64,000 nucleotides of DNA, from assembly GCA_903926855.1 (NCBI GenBank), contig CAIYKV010000044.1, forward strand, positions 8,567-72,566, read 5' to 3'. Both the position numbers and the translations under genes were made by a program. Source of the stretch: an uncultured Bacteroidota bacterium. Its GTDB lineage: Bacteria; Bacteroidota; Bacteroidia; Chitinophagales; Chitinophagaceae. This document shows, in pieces, positions 30,899-39,866 of the stretch (the first letter of the stretch is position 1; each line of letters opens with the position of its first letter). Below the pieces are notes generated by a model. The model was not told where the DNA came from and ran no database searches. It saw only the letters and a program-made list of their open reading frames with translations.

Positions 30899-31711
30899 GT
30901 GAAAAATAAAAAACGCATTTTCCGTTGGGTAAAAATTATTATTATTCTCTATTCATTAGGCGGAATTGCCTTGTATTATCTGCAGGAAAAAATATTGTTC
31001 AGACCAACTAAATTGGATGCAGATTACTCATGGCAATTTTCACAGCCTTTTACAGAATCCAATATCGCGTTTGACGATAAAACAAATTTTAATATCGTAC
31101 AGTTTACTGTACCGGATTCTTTGAGAAAGGGTATTGTTTTATACTTTCATGGTAACCGGGAAAACATCCATCATTACGCCCAATTCGCTGAAAACTTTAC
31201 CCGCAATCAATATGAGGTCTGGATGCCAGATTACCCTGGTTACGGGAAATCCAGTGGCGAATTGTCGGAGAAAATTTTATACGAGGAAGCATTACAGGTA
31301 TACAAACTGGCCCGCAAAAAATACGCCCCATCACAAATTATTATTTACGGCAAGTCGCTTGGATCAGGAATTGCTGCAGAGCTGGCGGCTATACGCGACT
31401 GTAAAAGACTGATTCTTGAAACACCATATTATAGTATCCCCTCACTGATCAATCGATTTTGCGGGATATATCCACTCAGCTTACTCATTCATTACTCATT
31501 ACCTGTTTATGAATACCTGCCAAAAGTAACGGCACCTATTAGTCTGATTCATGGCAACCAGGACTGGACAATTCCTTTTAGTCATGCAGAAAGATTAAAA
31601 AATCTGCTGAAGCCTGGAGACGAACTCATACGTATAGAAGGAGGCGCACATAATAACTTGAATGAGTTTCCATTATTTCACCAGAAACTGGATAGCTTAC
31701 TTAGGAATTGA
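30899..31711 (+). CDS. Membrane-anchored alpha/beta hydrolase, copy 2 (paralog of 30035-30826)
   Basis: Same layout as copy 1: TM helix, YFHGNR, GKSLGSG, GNQD and GGAHNN. GTG start. Confidence 0.75.
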   Translation: MKNKKRIFRWVKIIIILYSLGGIALYYLQEKILFRPTKLDADYSWQFSQPFTESNIAFDDKTNFNIVQFTVPDSLRKGIVLYFHGNRENIHHYAQFAENFTRNQYEVWMPDYPGYGKSSGELSEKILYEEALQVYKLARKKYAPSQIIIYGKSLGSGIAAELAAIRDCKRLILETPYYSIPSLINRFCGIYPLSLLIHYSLPVYEYLPKVTAPISLIHGNQDWTIPFSHAERLKNLLKPGDELIRIEGGAHNNLNEFPLFHQKLDSLLRN

Positions 31712-31723
31712 TGGAAGGGGAAG

Positions 31724-32668
31724 CTAATTACTATTGATACTCACCACATACCTGCTCTTGTTTTGCTTCACTTTATCGGGAACAGACAATAAGATTTCTT
31801 CGGCAAGTATATCAATCAACTTCTTTTTTACAAAATCGCGATGCACTACAATGCTTACTTCCCGCATGGGCGCTGGTCTTTTGAAATAGCGGATCAGAGA
31901 CAATTGTTTGGCAGTCATACCCATCGTAGCCAGTTCCGGTAAAATCGTGATGCCATCATTCATATCTACCATACGGCGAAGGGTTTCTATACTTCCTGCT
32001 TCGTAATCGAAATGACTGGCTTCGCGACTGGCTTTTTTCAGTTCACAAAGATTTTCAATCTGGCTTCGAAAACAATGTCCTTCTTCTAGTAACCATAATT
32101 TATTGGGGTCAATATCCTGGGGCAGCATATAGGTTTTTTTATAGGCTGCATTCTTTCTGGACACATAGGCCATCAATTCCTCATAAAATAATGGATACTC
32201 TTTAATGCCCGTTTCCTGCAAAGGGGTTACCAGTATTCCCATATCAATCCTGCCATCACGTAATCTAGCTACAATATTATCGGTGGTCAATTCATTAACC
32301 ACCAGTTTTACCTGGGGATATTTTTCCGTAAAATTTTGAACAAACAAGGGCAGAAGATAAGGAGCCAGTGTAGGTATAATGCCGATTTTCAACTCTCCGG
32401 CAATTATACCTTTCTTATGAATTACCATCTCTTCTAAAATCTCCTTTTCCGCTATAATTTTCCGTGCCTGCTCAATCAATTCCGCACCCAATTCAGTGGG
32501 TATTACCGGCTGTTTGCTCCTGTCAAATATTTTGATACCCAATTCATCCTCTGCTTTCTGTACCTGCATACTCAAAGTGGGTTGTGATACAAAACAGTGT
32601 TTTGCTGCATCAGCAAAATGTCGATAGGTATCAATCGCAATAATGTATTGAAGCTGAACAAAAGTCAT
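31724..32668 (-). CDS. oxyR: LysR-family peroxide-sensing regulator
   Basis: N-terminal wHTH (QLQYIIAI.....F..AA..CFVSQPTLS). The redox Cys pair has OxyR spacing, EEGHCFRSQIENLC (C-x8-C, as C199/C208 in E. coli OxyR). Confidence 0.85.
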   Translation of the reverse strand: MTFVQLQYIIAIDTYRHFADAAKHCFVSQPTLSMQVQKAEDELGIKIFDRSKQPVIPTELGAELIEQARKIIAEKEILEEMVIHKKGIIAGELKIGIIPTLAPYLLPLFVQNFTEKYPQVKLVVNELTTDNIVARLRDGRIDMGILVTPLQETGIKEYPLFYEELMAYVSRKNAAYKKTYMLPQDIDPNKLWLLEEGHCFRSQIENLCELKKASREASHFDYEAGSIETLRRMVDMNDGITILPELATMGMTAKQLSLIRYFKRPAPMREVSIVVHRDFVKKKLIDILAEEILLSVPDKVKQNKSRYVVSINSN

Positions 32669-32744
32669 GCTAATAGATTTTATCTATGATACTATAAAAA
32701 TAATTGATTGAGCCGATGATGCAAAATCGACCCGTTTCTGAAAA

Positions 32745-33662
32745 TCAACGTATTTCTTTCAGTCTGACCAGTTTAGAGCCAACCGTTAATTGATGAGGTA
32801 CACCTATCTTTAATGCATAATTATTTTTCTCGTGACTCACAGGGAAATCAAAACAAACCGGGTATGAATACGCTTCAATATGTGATTGTATCACAGAGAA
32901 TACATCCGCTCCAAAGGGAGTAAGCGTATCTTTGATTTCGCTAAATCCGCCAATGATCAGGCCTTTCAAATTCGCAAGCATTCCATTTCGCTTCAACTGA
33001 ATCATCATCCTGTCAATATTGTAAATATATTCACCCACATCTTCTATAAACAGGATCTTCCCTTTTGTTTCCAACGCAGACACTGTACCTGCCAGATGCG
33101 CGATCAAGGAAAGATTTCCACCCAGTAAAATTCCTTCTGCTTTTCCATTTCTGTTAAGTGTATGTGGTGTACAGGAATAGTTGGCCAAGGTTCCTTTTAT
33201 TGCATTTTGAAGAGATTGAACAAATACATTCTTCCCCCCATCTTCCTGAAAAGCTCCGGCCATCGGGGCATGCAGGGAAGCAATTTTCAGTTTCCTGAAA
33301 ACATGGGCATGTAGTACCGTAATGTCACTAAATCCGATCAGCCATTTGGGGTATTTACTGAACTGTTTAAAATCTATCTGGTCAATTATCCGGCTCATAC
33401 CATAACCTCCCCTGCCACATAAAATTGCCTGTATATTCCTATTATCAAGCATTTCCTGAAGGTCAGCTAGTCTTTCAGCATCCGTGCCGGAAAAATAATG
33501 GAACTGGCTACCCAGGGTTTTACCCGTTACAACCCGATATCCCCATTGCTCTAATGTACTGATACAGGCAGTTGCTTTTTCATAAGGCATATAACCAGAG
33601 GGACAAACGATCCCAATGGTATCTCCTTTTTTCAGGTAAGGGGGTATTTTGATCATGGACAA
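32745..33662 (-). CDS. LD-carboxypeptidase (peptidase S66), cytoplasmic form
   Basis: GDTIGIV.PSG, RGGYG, the IGFSDITVLH catalytic Ser block, and a C-terminal E/H region. No signal peptide. Confidence 0.85.
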   Translation of the reverse strand: MSMIKIPPYLKKGDTIGIVCPSGYMPYEKATACISTLEQWGYRVVTGKTLGSQFHYFSGTDAERLADLQEMLDNRNIQAILCGRGGYGMSRIIDQIDFKQFSKYPKWLIGFSDITVLHAHVFRKLKIASLHAPMAGAFQEDGGKNVFVQSLQNAIKGTLANYSCTPHTLNRNGKAEGILLGGNLSLIAHLAGTVSALETKGKILFIEDVGEYIYNIDRMMIQLKRNGMLANLKGLIIGGFSEIKDTLTPFGADVFSVIQSHIEAYSYPVCFDFPVSHEKNNYALKIGVPHQLTVGSKLVRLKEIR

Positions 33663-33744
33663 TATTACTTAGGTGTAAATCAATGGGAGTATGTATTCAA
33701 AGAAAATCAAAAAAGATATGCCAAAATTGATTCCGGAATAGGCA

Positions 33745-34776
33745 TCATCCATTTTCCTGTAAAATTACTTTATCAGCTTGAACGGTCAACCGATGTTTTA
33801 CCCCGCATTTTAACGCGTAATTATTTCTCTGGTGCCCTACCGGAAAACCAAAACAAACCGGGTAATTGTATTCTTTTATTTTTTCCCAAACAATATCCTG
33901 CACTGTTCGTCCAAATGTTTCTTCCGGCGTATCGGGTTTGATATTGGTGAACCCGCCAATGATCAATGCATTGAGGTGACTGAGTTTGCCAGAACGTTTT
34001 AGGTGACAAAACAGTCTGTCAATATTATACAAGGGTTCCCCTACATCCTCCAAAAATAAAATTTTACCCTCTGTAGAAATATCAGAAGCAGTGGCAGAAA
34101 GTGTTGCTATCATGGTAAGATTTCCGCCTACCAATTGTCCTTCTGCCATCCCTTCCCGGTTCCGGGTATCCGGCAGGCATTCATATCCCATTATTTCTCC
34201 ACTCAATACTTTTTTGAGAGACAAAATAGTTTCAATCTGAATAGGTTCGGCTTTTGACCAATCATCAGGAAAGCTATTACACATTTTGGAATGAATAGTA
34301 GCTACCCCAAACTGCGAATGCAGGTGGTTATGAAAAACAGTGATATCACTAAAACCGATTACCCATTTTGGGTGTTTTTTAAATGATGAAAAATCAATCT
34401 GGTCAATAATCCGAACCACCCCGTAGCCACCCCTTGCACAAAGAATGGCTTTTACGCTGATGTCATCAATCATATCCTGAAAATCCTTTGCTCTTTCCTC
34501 ATCTGTACCGCCAAAACTAAAATCTCTTTTCCCAACAGTAGCCCCTACTTTTATTTTGTATCCCCAGTTCTGAATCTGTTCTACCGCAGCTTGTATGTCT
34601 TTTTCTGTTATAAAACCCGAGGGACAAGTAATACCAATGGTATCACCTGGAGCAAGATAGGGCGGTAGTTTACTACGGCGCAGCTTATGAGAAACCGGTT
34701 TCGAGGCCCTTGCCAGGTCTGTAAATAAAAGGCCGGACCCGGTTGCCAAAGCAGAAAGGAATTTTTTACGATGCAT
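33745..34776 (-). CDS. LD-carboxypeptidase (peptidase S66) with N-terminal export signal
   Basis: Same S66 blocks (GDTIGITCPSG, RGGYG, IGFSDITVFH), preceded by MHRKKFLSALATGSGLLFTDLARA, a Tat-like R-K-K-F-L signal. Confidence 0.85.
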   Translation of the reverse strand: MHRKKFLSALATGSGLLFTDLARASKPVSHKLRRSKLPPYLAPGDTIGITCPSGFITEKDIQAAVEQIQNWGYKIKVGATVGKRDFSFGGTDEERAKDFQDMIDDISVKAILCARGGYGVVRIIDQIDFSSFKKHPKWVIGFSDITVFHNHLHSQFGVATIHSKMCNSFPDDWSKAEPIQIETILSLKKVLSGEIMGYECLPDTRNREGMAEGQLVGGNLTMIATLSATASDISTEGKILFLEDVGEPLYNIDRLFCHLKRSGKLSHLNALIIGGFTNIKPDTPEETFGRTVQDIVWEKIKEYNYPVCFGFPVGHQRNNYALKCGVKHRLTVQADKVILQENG

Positions 34777-34970
34777 CCATAAAAATAAAGAAACAGCCCT
34801 TCCATTCCAACCCTATTCGCCTAAAGTTGATTCATATCCGGCGAGTTATGGTATTGCCCGCTCCGATTGATTACTTACTTTTGCAGCGTTTTAGCCCTTT
34901 CCAGAAAAGTGTCCTATATACGGAAAAACAGTTTCAGTGCAAAAAAGGGTAAACAAAAGACAAGTACACC

Positions 34971-37139
34971 ATGAGTAACCCGAAAAGATATTTAATTACT
35001 GCCGCTCTTCCGTATGCTAACGGACTAAAACATGTTGGCCATCTGGCAGGTGCCTATTTACCGGCTGATATTTATGTTCGTTACCTGAAAGCACAAAAAC
35101 GAGATGTGGTATTTGTTTGCGGAAGCGATGAACATGGAACGGCCATACCTATTCAAGCCACCAAAGAAGGAACTACCGCCCGCGACATTATTGATAAGTA
35201 CCACCCGATCATGGCACAAAATTTTCAGGATCTTGGTATTGCATTTGATATTTATCACCGTACCAGCGATCCCCTGCACCATGCAACGGCCCAGGAATTT
35301 TTCACTCGATTGAATGATAATGGAGATCTGGAAATAAAAGAAACCGAACAATATTTTGATGAGGAAGCCAATAGTTTTCTGGCAGATAGATATATTAAAG
35401 GCACTTGTCCAAATTGTAGCTACCCGGGCGCTTATGGCGATCAATGCGAAAATTGCGGGAAGAGTCTTAGTCCCGACGAATTAATTAACCCGGTAAGTAC
35501 CTTAAGCGGTAAAGCCCCTGTAAAAAAACAAACCAGGCACTGGTATCTTCCTTTAAACAGACATGAAGATTTTTTGCGGGAATGGATATTGAAAGAACAT
35601 GCAAATGATTGGCGCAGTACTGTAGTGGGTCAATGCAAAAGCTGGATAGATGGTGGCTTACAGCCCAGGGCCGTTACCCGTGATCTTGATTGGGGGGTAT
35701 CCTTACCCGAAACTGTGGAAGGAGGAAAAGGAAAAGTATTGTATGTATGGTTTGATGCGCCGATCGGATATATCAGTGCCACCAAACAATGGGCATTGGA
35801 TAATGGGAAAGACTGGCGCCCATATTGGGAAGATAAGGATACCAAACTTGTTCATTTTATTGGTAAGGATAATATCGTTTTCCATTGCATCATTTTTCCG
35901 GTAATGTTGAAACTCCATGGTAATATCTTACCGGATAATGTACCTGCCAATGAATTTTTGAATCTGGAAGGAGATAAGATGAGTACCAGTCGCAACTGGA
36001 AACTGGAAATGCAGGATTATATTGATGATTTCATCAACAAAGAAAATGGTGGTAGTCAGATGGCGGATGTACTGCGTTATTATTTAACACAGATAGCGCC
36101 TGAAACCAAAGACAGTGAATTTACCTGGAAGGGATTTCAGGATGCAAACAATAGTGAACTGGTAAGCATATTCGGCAATTTCGTAAACAGGGCACTCGTA
36201 TTGATGCATAAATTATGCAAAGGCAAAGTTCCCCCTTTGCATCCGAATGCATTGACCGAGCTGGATACATCAACACTGGCTGAATTTTCCGTTACCAAAG
36301 AAAAAGTAGAAGCCCTGATTGAGCAATATAAATTCAGGGATGCACTTTTTGAAGTGATTAACCTTGCACGTATTGGCAACCAGTATATGCAGAAAAAAGA
36401 ACCCTGGATACTTGCCAAACAAACCGGCGAAGATGGACAGCCGCTCATTGATGCACAACAGTCTATTGATAATACTTTGCATATCTGTTTACAATTATGT
36501 GCGAATCTGGCAGTATTGATCAACCCATTCCTTCCTTTTACGGCAAGGAAAATCTGCTATCTGTTAAAAGTAGTTGATAAGATGCTGGACTGGGAAAATG
36601 CCGGGAAAACAAAACTGCTTAGCGTAGGGTACTCTTTACGTGCACCAGAATTATTATTCAGAAAAATAGAAGATGCTGAGATCAGTTACCAAATAGAGAA
36701 ATTACAATCAGCAGCAATTAAACGTGAAACATTGGTGGTGAATAGCGAATCTGCAACACCGAATACAGAAAAAAACATGGAAGAAAATACCCACACTCCT
36801 TTACCCGTAAAACCAACCATCGTATTTGATGATTTTGCAAAAATCGATTTACGTGTGGGGAAGATTATTGCCGCCGAAAAAGTGGAGAAAGCAGATAAAC
36901 TGCTGAAACTCACTGTTGATTTGGGTTTTGAAACCAGAACCATTGTTTCAGGGATTGCACTTCATTTTACACCAGAAGAGATCGTTGGAAAGCAAATTAC
37001 AGTAGTCGTAAATCTTGCCCCCAGAAAAATGCGGGGTATTGAAAGCAATGGTATGATTTTAATGGCAGAAGATGCTGCCGGAAAACTGCATTTTATTAAT
37101 CCGGAAGACGGCATTGATAGCGGCAGTACCATTAACTAG
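34971..37139 (+). CDS. metG: Methionine--tRNA ligase with C-terminal tRNA-binding (EMAP/Trbp111-like) domain
   Basis: HIGH-type KHVGHLAG, the Zn knuckle CPNC...CENC, KMSTS, and a C-terminal DLRVGKI...VVNL OB domain. Confidence 0.97.
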   Translation: MSNPKRYLITAALPYANGLKHVGHLAGAYLPADIYVRYLKAQKRDVVFVCGSDEHGTAIPIQATKEGTTARDIIDKYHPIMAQNFQDLGIAFDIYHRTSDPLHHATAQEFFTRLNDNGDLEIKETEQYFDEEANSFLADRYIKGTCPNCSYPGAYGDQCENCGKSLSPDELINPVSTLSGKAPVKKQTRHWYLPLNRHEDFLREWILKEHANDWRSTVVGQCKSWIDGGLQPRAVTRDLDWGVSLPETVEGGKGKVLYVWFDAPIGYISATKQWALDNGKDWRPYWEDKDTKLVHFIGKDNIVFHCIIFPVMLKLHGNILPDNVPANEFLNLEGDKMSTSRNWKLEMQDYIDDFINKENGGSQMADVLRYYLTQIAPETKDSEFTWKGFQDANNSELVSIFGNFVNRALVLMHKLCKGKVPPLHPNALTELDTSTLAEFSVTKEKVEALIEQYKFRDALFEVINLARIGNQYMQKKEPWILAKQTGEDGQPLIDAQQSIDNTLHICLQLCANLAVLINPFLPFTARKICYLLKVVDKMLDWENAGKTKLLSVGYSLRAPELLFRKIEDAEISYQIEKLQSAAIKRETLVVNSESATPNTEKNMEENTHTPLPVKPTIVFDDFAKIDLRVGKIIAAEKVEKADKLLKLTVDLGFETRTIVSGIALHFTPEEIVGKQITVVVNLAPRKMRGIESNGMILMAEDAAGKLHFINPEDGIDSGSTIN

Positions 37140-37203
37140 TGTAGCTTATTTCAAACCGTGCCTTTGTGTGGGATATAATTAATTCAAGCAAAGGCACAGT
37201 TTA

Positions 37204-37872
37204 TTAAGCTTTGTCAAAACTTACACATTCTTTCAATTCTCTTTCTGAATATGCGTAGCTATATTGTTTCAATACATCATCCGGTACACCATTCCATTGA
37301 TTAGGCACGTTTCCTTTATACCCAAGATCTTTAACCCCCATTTCTGAAGTATAGAAACCTGTAGTTACCAGGTCGCGTAAATGACTGAAAAATGCAACGC
37401 CTTGTTTCATCTCAGGTTTTGCTTTGTGGGGATAAGCAATCTGGTCAACCATAGCAATCTGTTGCTTACTATCACAATTCACAAAAGCTTTGTCAAATTG
37501 TTTCAAACACTGCAGATCCAGCCAGCGTAAGCCACCGCGCAAAGGTGTCTGGTGATCATCAGGCATATCTTTCGCAATAAATTCAATAAACTCAGGAACT
37601 TTTGCTTCAGAAGCACTGCCACTTACTTCATCTTTTGGCATAATAATATCTCCCAATACAGTAATGGTAGCCATTTCATGCTCAGTAAAGAATTTTTCAC
37701 CTGCATTCAGTTTCTTCAGGTAATCTTTTTCTTCCTGCATTCTGTCGATATCAATACTAACATCTGCAGAAGAAGCCACTGCTTTTTTATCACTGCTCTT
37801 ACAGGCTTCTACAAACACGCCTGCGCCAACCGTTCCAATAAATAAGGTTTTAATCGATTTTCTTCTGTCCAT
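37204..37872 (-). CDS. Gluconate 2-dehydrogenase subunit 3-family small subunit (Tat-exported)
   Basis: MDRRKSIKTLF twin-arginine signal. It sits directly downstream of a GMC flavoprotein gene with a 27-nt gap. Confidence 0.75.
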   Translation of the reverse strand: MDRRKSIKTLFIGTVGAGVFVEACKSSDKKAVASSADVSIDIDRMQEEKDYLKKLNAGEKFFTEHEMATITVLGDIIMPKDEVSGSASEAKVPEFIEFIAKDMPDDHQTPLRGGLRWLDLQCLKQFDKAFVNCDSKQQIAMVDQIAYPHKAKPEMKQGVAFFSHLRDLVTTGFYTSEMGVKDLGYKGNVPNQWNGVPDDVLKQYSYAYSERELKECVSFDKA

Positions 37873-37899
37873 GATCTTACATTAATCGGTTTACAAAAA

Positions 37900-39642
37900 T
37901 CAAAGGTTTTGTTTTTTCATCTCGTCAATAATATACTCAGAAGTTCTCATTGACAGTGCCAATATGGTCCAGGTAATATTCTTATCAGCCTGCGAAACAA
38001 ACTGACTTCCATCCACACAGAATAGAGTTTTACAATCATGTGCCTGACTCCATTTATTCAACGCAGATGTTTTACGATCACTACCCATTCTTACTGTACC
38101 TGCTTCATGAATTATATTACCCGGGTTATTCAATCCATAATTATTTTTCTCATTATCATCTCCTCCCCAGGTAATCACTGCACCCATATTATGAAGAATC
38201 TCTTTGAAAGTTTCTTTCATATGTTTGGCCTGCTTGATTTCATATTCGGAATGATTGGTATGAAAACGCAAAACAGGGATACCATATTTATCTACTACTT
38301 TCGGATCTATTTCGCAATAGTTATTGACATTGGCAACCGCTTCCCCCCTTCCTGCCATTCCTACACCGGCACCATAAAAGAAACGAACATCTTCTTTTAA
38401 TGAAGCACCATAGCCACCCGCTTCTTTTGTTTTACCGTTCACCTGGTATTTCCCATTCTGGTTCTCCATGCCAAATCCAAAACCATACGCAGGCTGGCCC
38501 ATACCACCCCAATATTCTATATGATAGCCTCTTGGGAAATCAAGTTTTTTATTATCCAGCCACCAGGGTGTGTACACGTGCATACCACCTACCCCATCTT
38601 CGTTATAACGCTTACGGCCAAATAATTGTGGTAATACCCCGCCAATAGCTGCTCCGGTTGAATCGTGCAGGTACTTACCTACTACATTGCTGTCGTTGGC
38701 CAAACCGTTTGGATGACGAGTAGATTTTGAGTTCAATAATAACCTTGCCGTTTCACAGGTACTCGCAGCCAGTATCACTACCCTGCCACTTACCTGGTAT
38801 TCCATATTATCTGTCTTATCTACATAAGATATACCCGTTGCCAAACCATCTGCATTCGTGATCACTTCTCTTGCCATGGCATTGGTGATCAGATCAATAT
38901 TACCTGTTGCTATAGCTGGTTTAACCAATACAGAGGAAGAAGAGAAATCACCGTATACTTTACAACTACGGCCACACTGCGCACAAAAGAAACAGGCTCC
39001 CCTTTCTTTATTAATGGGTTTGGTAAGAATGGACAGTCTGGATGGAATAACCGGTATCCCTATTCCGGTTGCTGATTTTTTGATCATCAACTCATGCAGA
39101 CGTGGTTTGGGCGCCGGCAGAAAAATTCCATCCGGATCATTGGGCAATCCTTCATTGGATCCAAATACCCCAATCAGCTTATCAATTTTATCGTAATAAG
39201 GTTTTACATCATCATAACCGATGGGCCAGTCATCTCCTAAACCATCAATGCTTCGACGTTTAAAATCTTTCGGTCCAAATCGCAAAGAGATTCGCCCCCA
39301 GTGATTGGTTCTTCCCCCCACCATACGGGCACGCCACCAATCCCATTTGGCACTTCCTTCTGCCATGGTATAAGGTTCTCCATCAATTTCCCAACCCCAG
39401 TAACAACCATCAAAATCGCCAAAAGGGCGATACTTGGTACTGGCGCCACGTCGTGGTGAATCCCATGGATTTTTTAACTGGGATGAATGAATAGCTGGAT
39501 CATAATTAGGACCTGCTTCAATCAGGCACACTTTTAATCCAGCCTGAGATAAAATATAGGCCGCCATACCGCCACCGGCGCCGGAACCTACAATTACTGC
39601 ATCGTATTTTTTAGACTGTTTCTTGATCTGGAGATCTCCCAT
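37900..39642 (-). CDS. GMC-family FAD oxidoreductase
   Basis: N-terminal YDAVIVGSGAGGG Rossmann motif and a C-terminal GMC block (HEAGTVRMG) with the active-site His region. Confidence 0.88.
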   Translation of the reverse strand: MGDLQIKKQSKKYDAVIVGSGAGGGMAAYILSQAGLKVCLIEAGPNYDPAIHSSQLKNPWDSPRRGASTKYRPFGDFDGCYWGWEIDGEPYTMAEGSAKWDWWRARMVGGRTNHWGRISLRFGPKDFKRRSIDGLGDDWPIGYDDVKPYYDKIDKLIGVFGSNEGLPNDPDGIFLPAPKPRLHELMIKKSATGIGIPVIPSRLSILTKPINKERGACFFCAQCGRSCKVYGDFSSSSVLVKPAIATGNIDLITNAMAREVITNADGLATGISYVDKTDNMEYQVSGRVVILAASTCETARLLLNSKSTRHPNGLANDSNVVGKYLHDSTGAAIGGVLPQLFGRKRYNEDGVGGMHVYTPWWLDNKKLDFPRGYHIEYWGGMGQPAYGFGFGMENQNGKYQVNGKTKEAGGYGASLKEDVRFFYGAGVGMAGRGEAVANVNNYCEIDPKVVDKYGIPVLRFHTNHSEYEIKQAKHMKETFKEILHNMGAVITWGGDDNEKNNYGLNNPGNIIHEAGTVRMGSDRKTSALNKWSQAHDCKTLFCVDGSQFVSQADKNITWTILALSMRTSEYIIDEMKKQNL

Positions 39643-39808
39643 AGAGCAAATTTGAATGGATTATCGTTGAGAGAATGAATGTAAGATTTTTATAGAAATG
39701 AGCCGCAGATTTTTTACTTCTGTTGATCATAAAATAATCTTATCCCGTGTAAATCTGTGCATCTGTGGCAATTAACTATTGAAATAAATACGCATCTTTC
39801 CTATCACC

Positions 39809-39841
39809 AAAATAAAAAGAGAAGCCACAATGACTTCTCTT
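39809..39841 (-). terminator. Rho-independent terminator of nrdJ
   Basis: On the minus strand, an aagagaag / cttctctt stem with a 9-nt loop is followed directly by tttttatttt. It starts 26 nt after the nrdJ stop. Confidence 0.6.
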
Positions 39842-39866
39842 CTATACAACAAGCAATAAACATCAT

